A DNA stretch of 58,132 bases, counting the filler, from Sphacelaria rigidula (taxonomy: Eukaryota): assembly GCA_964200075.2 (NCBI GenBank). It is 3 parts of 3 records of this genome, joined end to end, with 100 filler letters (N's around TTAATTAATTAA, not from the genome) between each part and the next. Parts side by side here need not be neighbours in the genome. Positions count along the whole stretch, not along the records: positions 38,828 to 58,132 come from CAXNAA020000690.1; 2 more parts are not named here. One strand, 5' to 3'. The translations under genes and the position numbers were made by a program. Below, piece by piece: positions 57,796 to 58,132 of the stretch; position 1 is the first letter of the stretch, and every line of letters begins with the position of its first letter. The notes beneath the pieces are model-generated. The model searched no databases. It saw only the letters and a list, made by a program, of their open reading frames with translations, and had not been told where the DNA came from.

Positions 57796-58022
57796 AAAAT
57801 ACGTTGGGCATCACGTCAATTGAGAAAGGTATGAAACAGCAGCGTGCCGGCCTTCTCCACTGAACGCTCGGGGCGGAGTTGGCACGCCTCGATCGCGTTG
57901 TAATCTTGCACGCATATCGCACTGTCTCGACTTCACTTCATTCTTCTCTGTCTATGGACTGCTGTTGCTACTCCAAGGTACATGTGATTTATTTTTCATG
58001 AGGCACTGAAAATAACGGCATA

Positions 58023-58042
58023 TACTATTTTAATCCGAATAG

Positions 58043-58079
<37 letters not shown>

Positions 58080-58132
58080 CCGACCCAAAACCACCAACCA
58101 CACACACACCACCCCCCCCCCCCCCCCCCCAC
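58023..58132. repeat. Poly-C / low-complexity contig end
   Basis: Long C runs at the end of the sequence; probably partly a sequencing artefact. Confidence 0.7.

Overview
The window is not one locus. It is three unrelated contigs of near-equal, descending length (1-19318, 19419-38727, 38828-58132) joined by artificial 100-nt N44-TTAATTAATTAA-N44 spacers. Contigs 1 and 3 are eukaryotic and look brown-algal/stramenopile. Contig 1 is almost entirely transposon debris (hAT-type non-autonomous elements, a hAT transposase remnant, an RTE-like LINE). Contig 3 carries a multi-exon, probably plastid-targeted phytyl-ester-synthase-like esterase/acyltransferase gene, the first exon of a divergent sulfotransferase, and repeats. 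Contig 2 is a GC-rich, gene-dense bacterial fragment (Myxococcota- or Planctomycetota-like by gene content; inference) and is the interesting part. It encodes a membrane-anchored TPR-CHAT (caspase-like) protease, two very divergent ECF-sigma-like paralogues, a transmembrane anti-sigma-like protein plus a soluble paralogue, a CpaF/TadA ATPase, a Ser/Thr pseudokinase, five Flp/Tad pilin-like proteins, three lipoproteins, a beta-barrel and a degenerate STAND-TPR protein. Reading the intergenic DNA reveals a motif YGTCAG-N16-(C/A)GT(T/A) with identical spacing in front of six of these genes, including the sigma gene itself. This suggests a self-contained protease -> anti-sigma -> sigma -> Tad pilus regulon. 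All calls come from motif recognition by eye; no searches were run.
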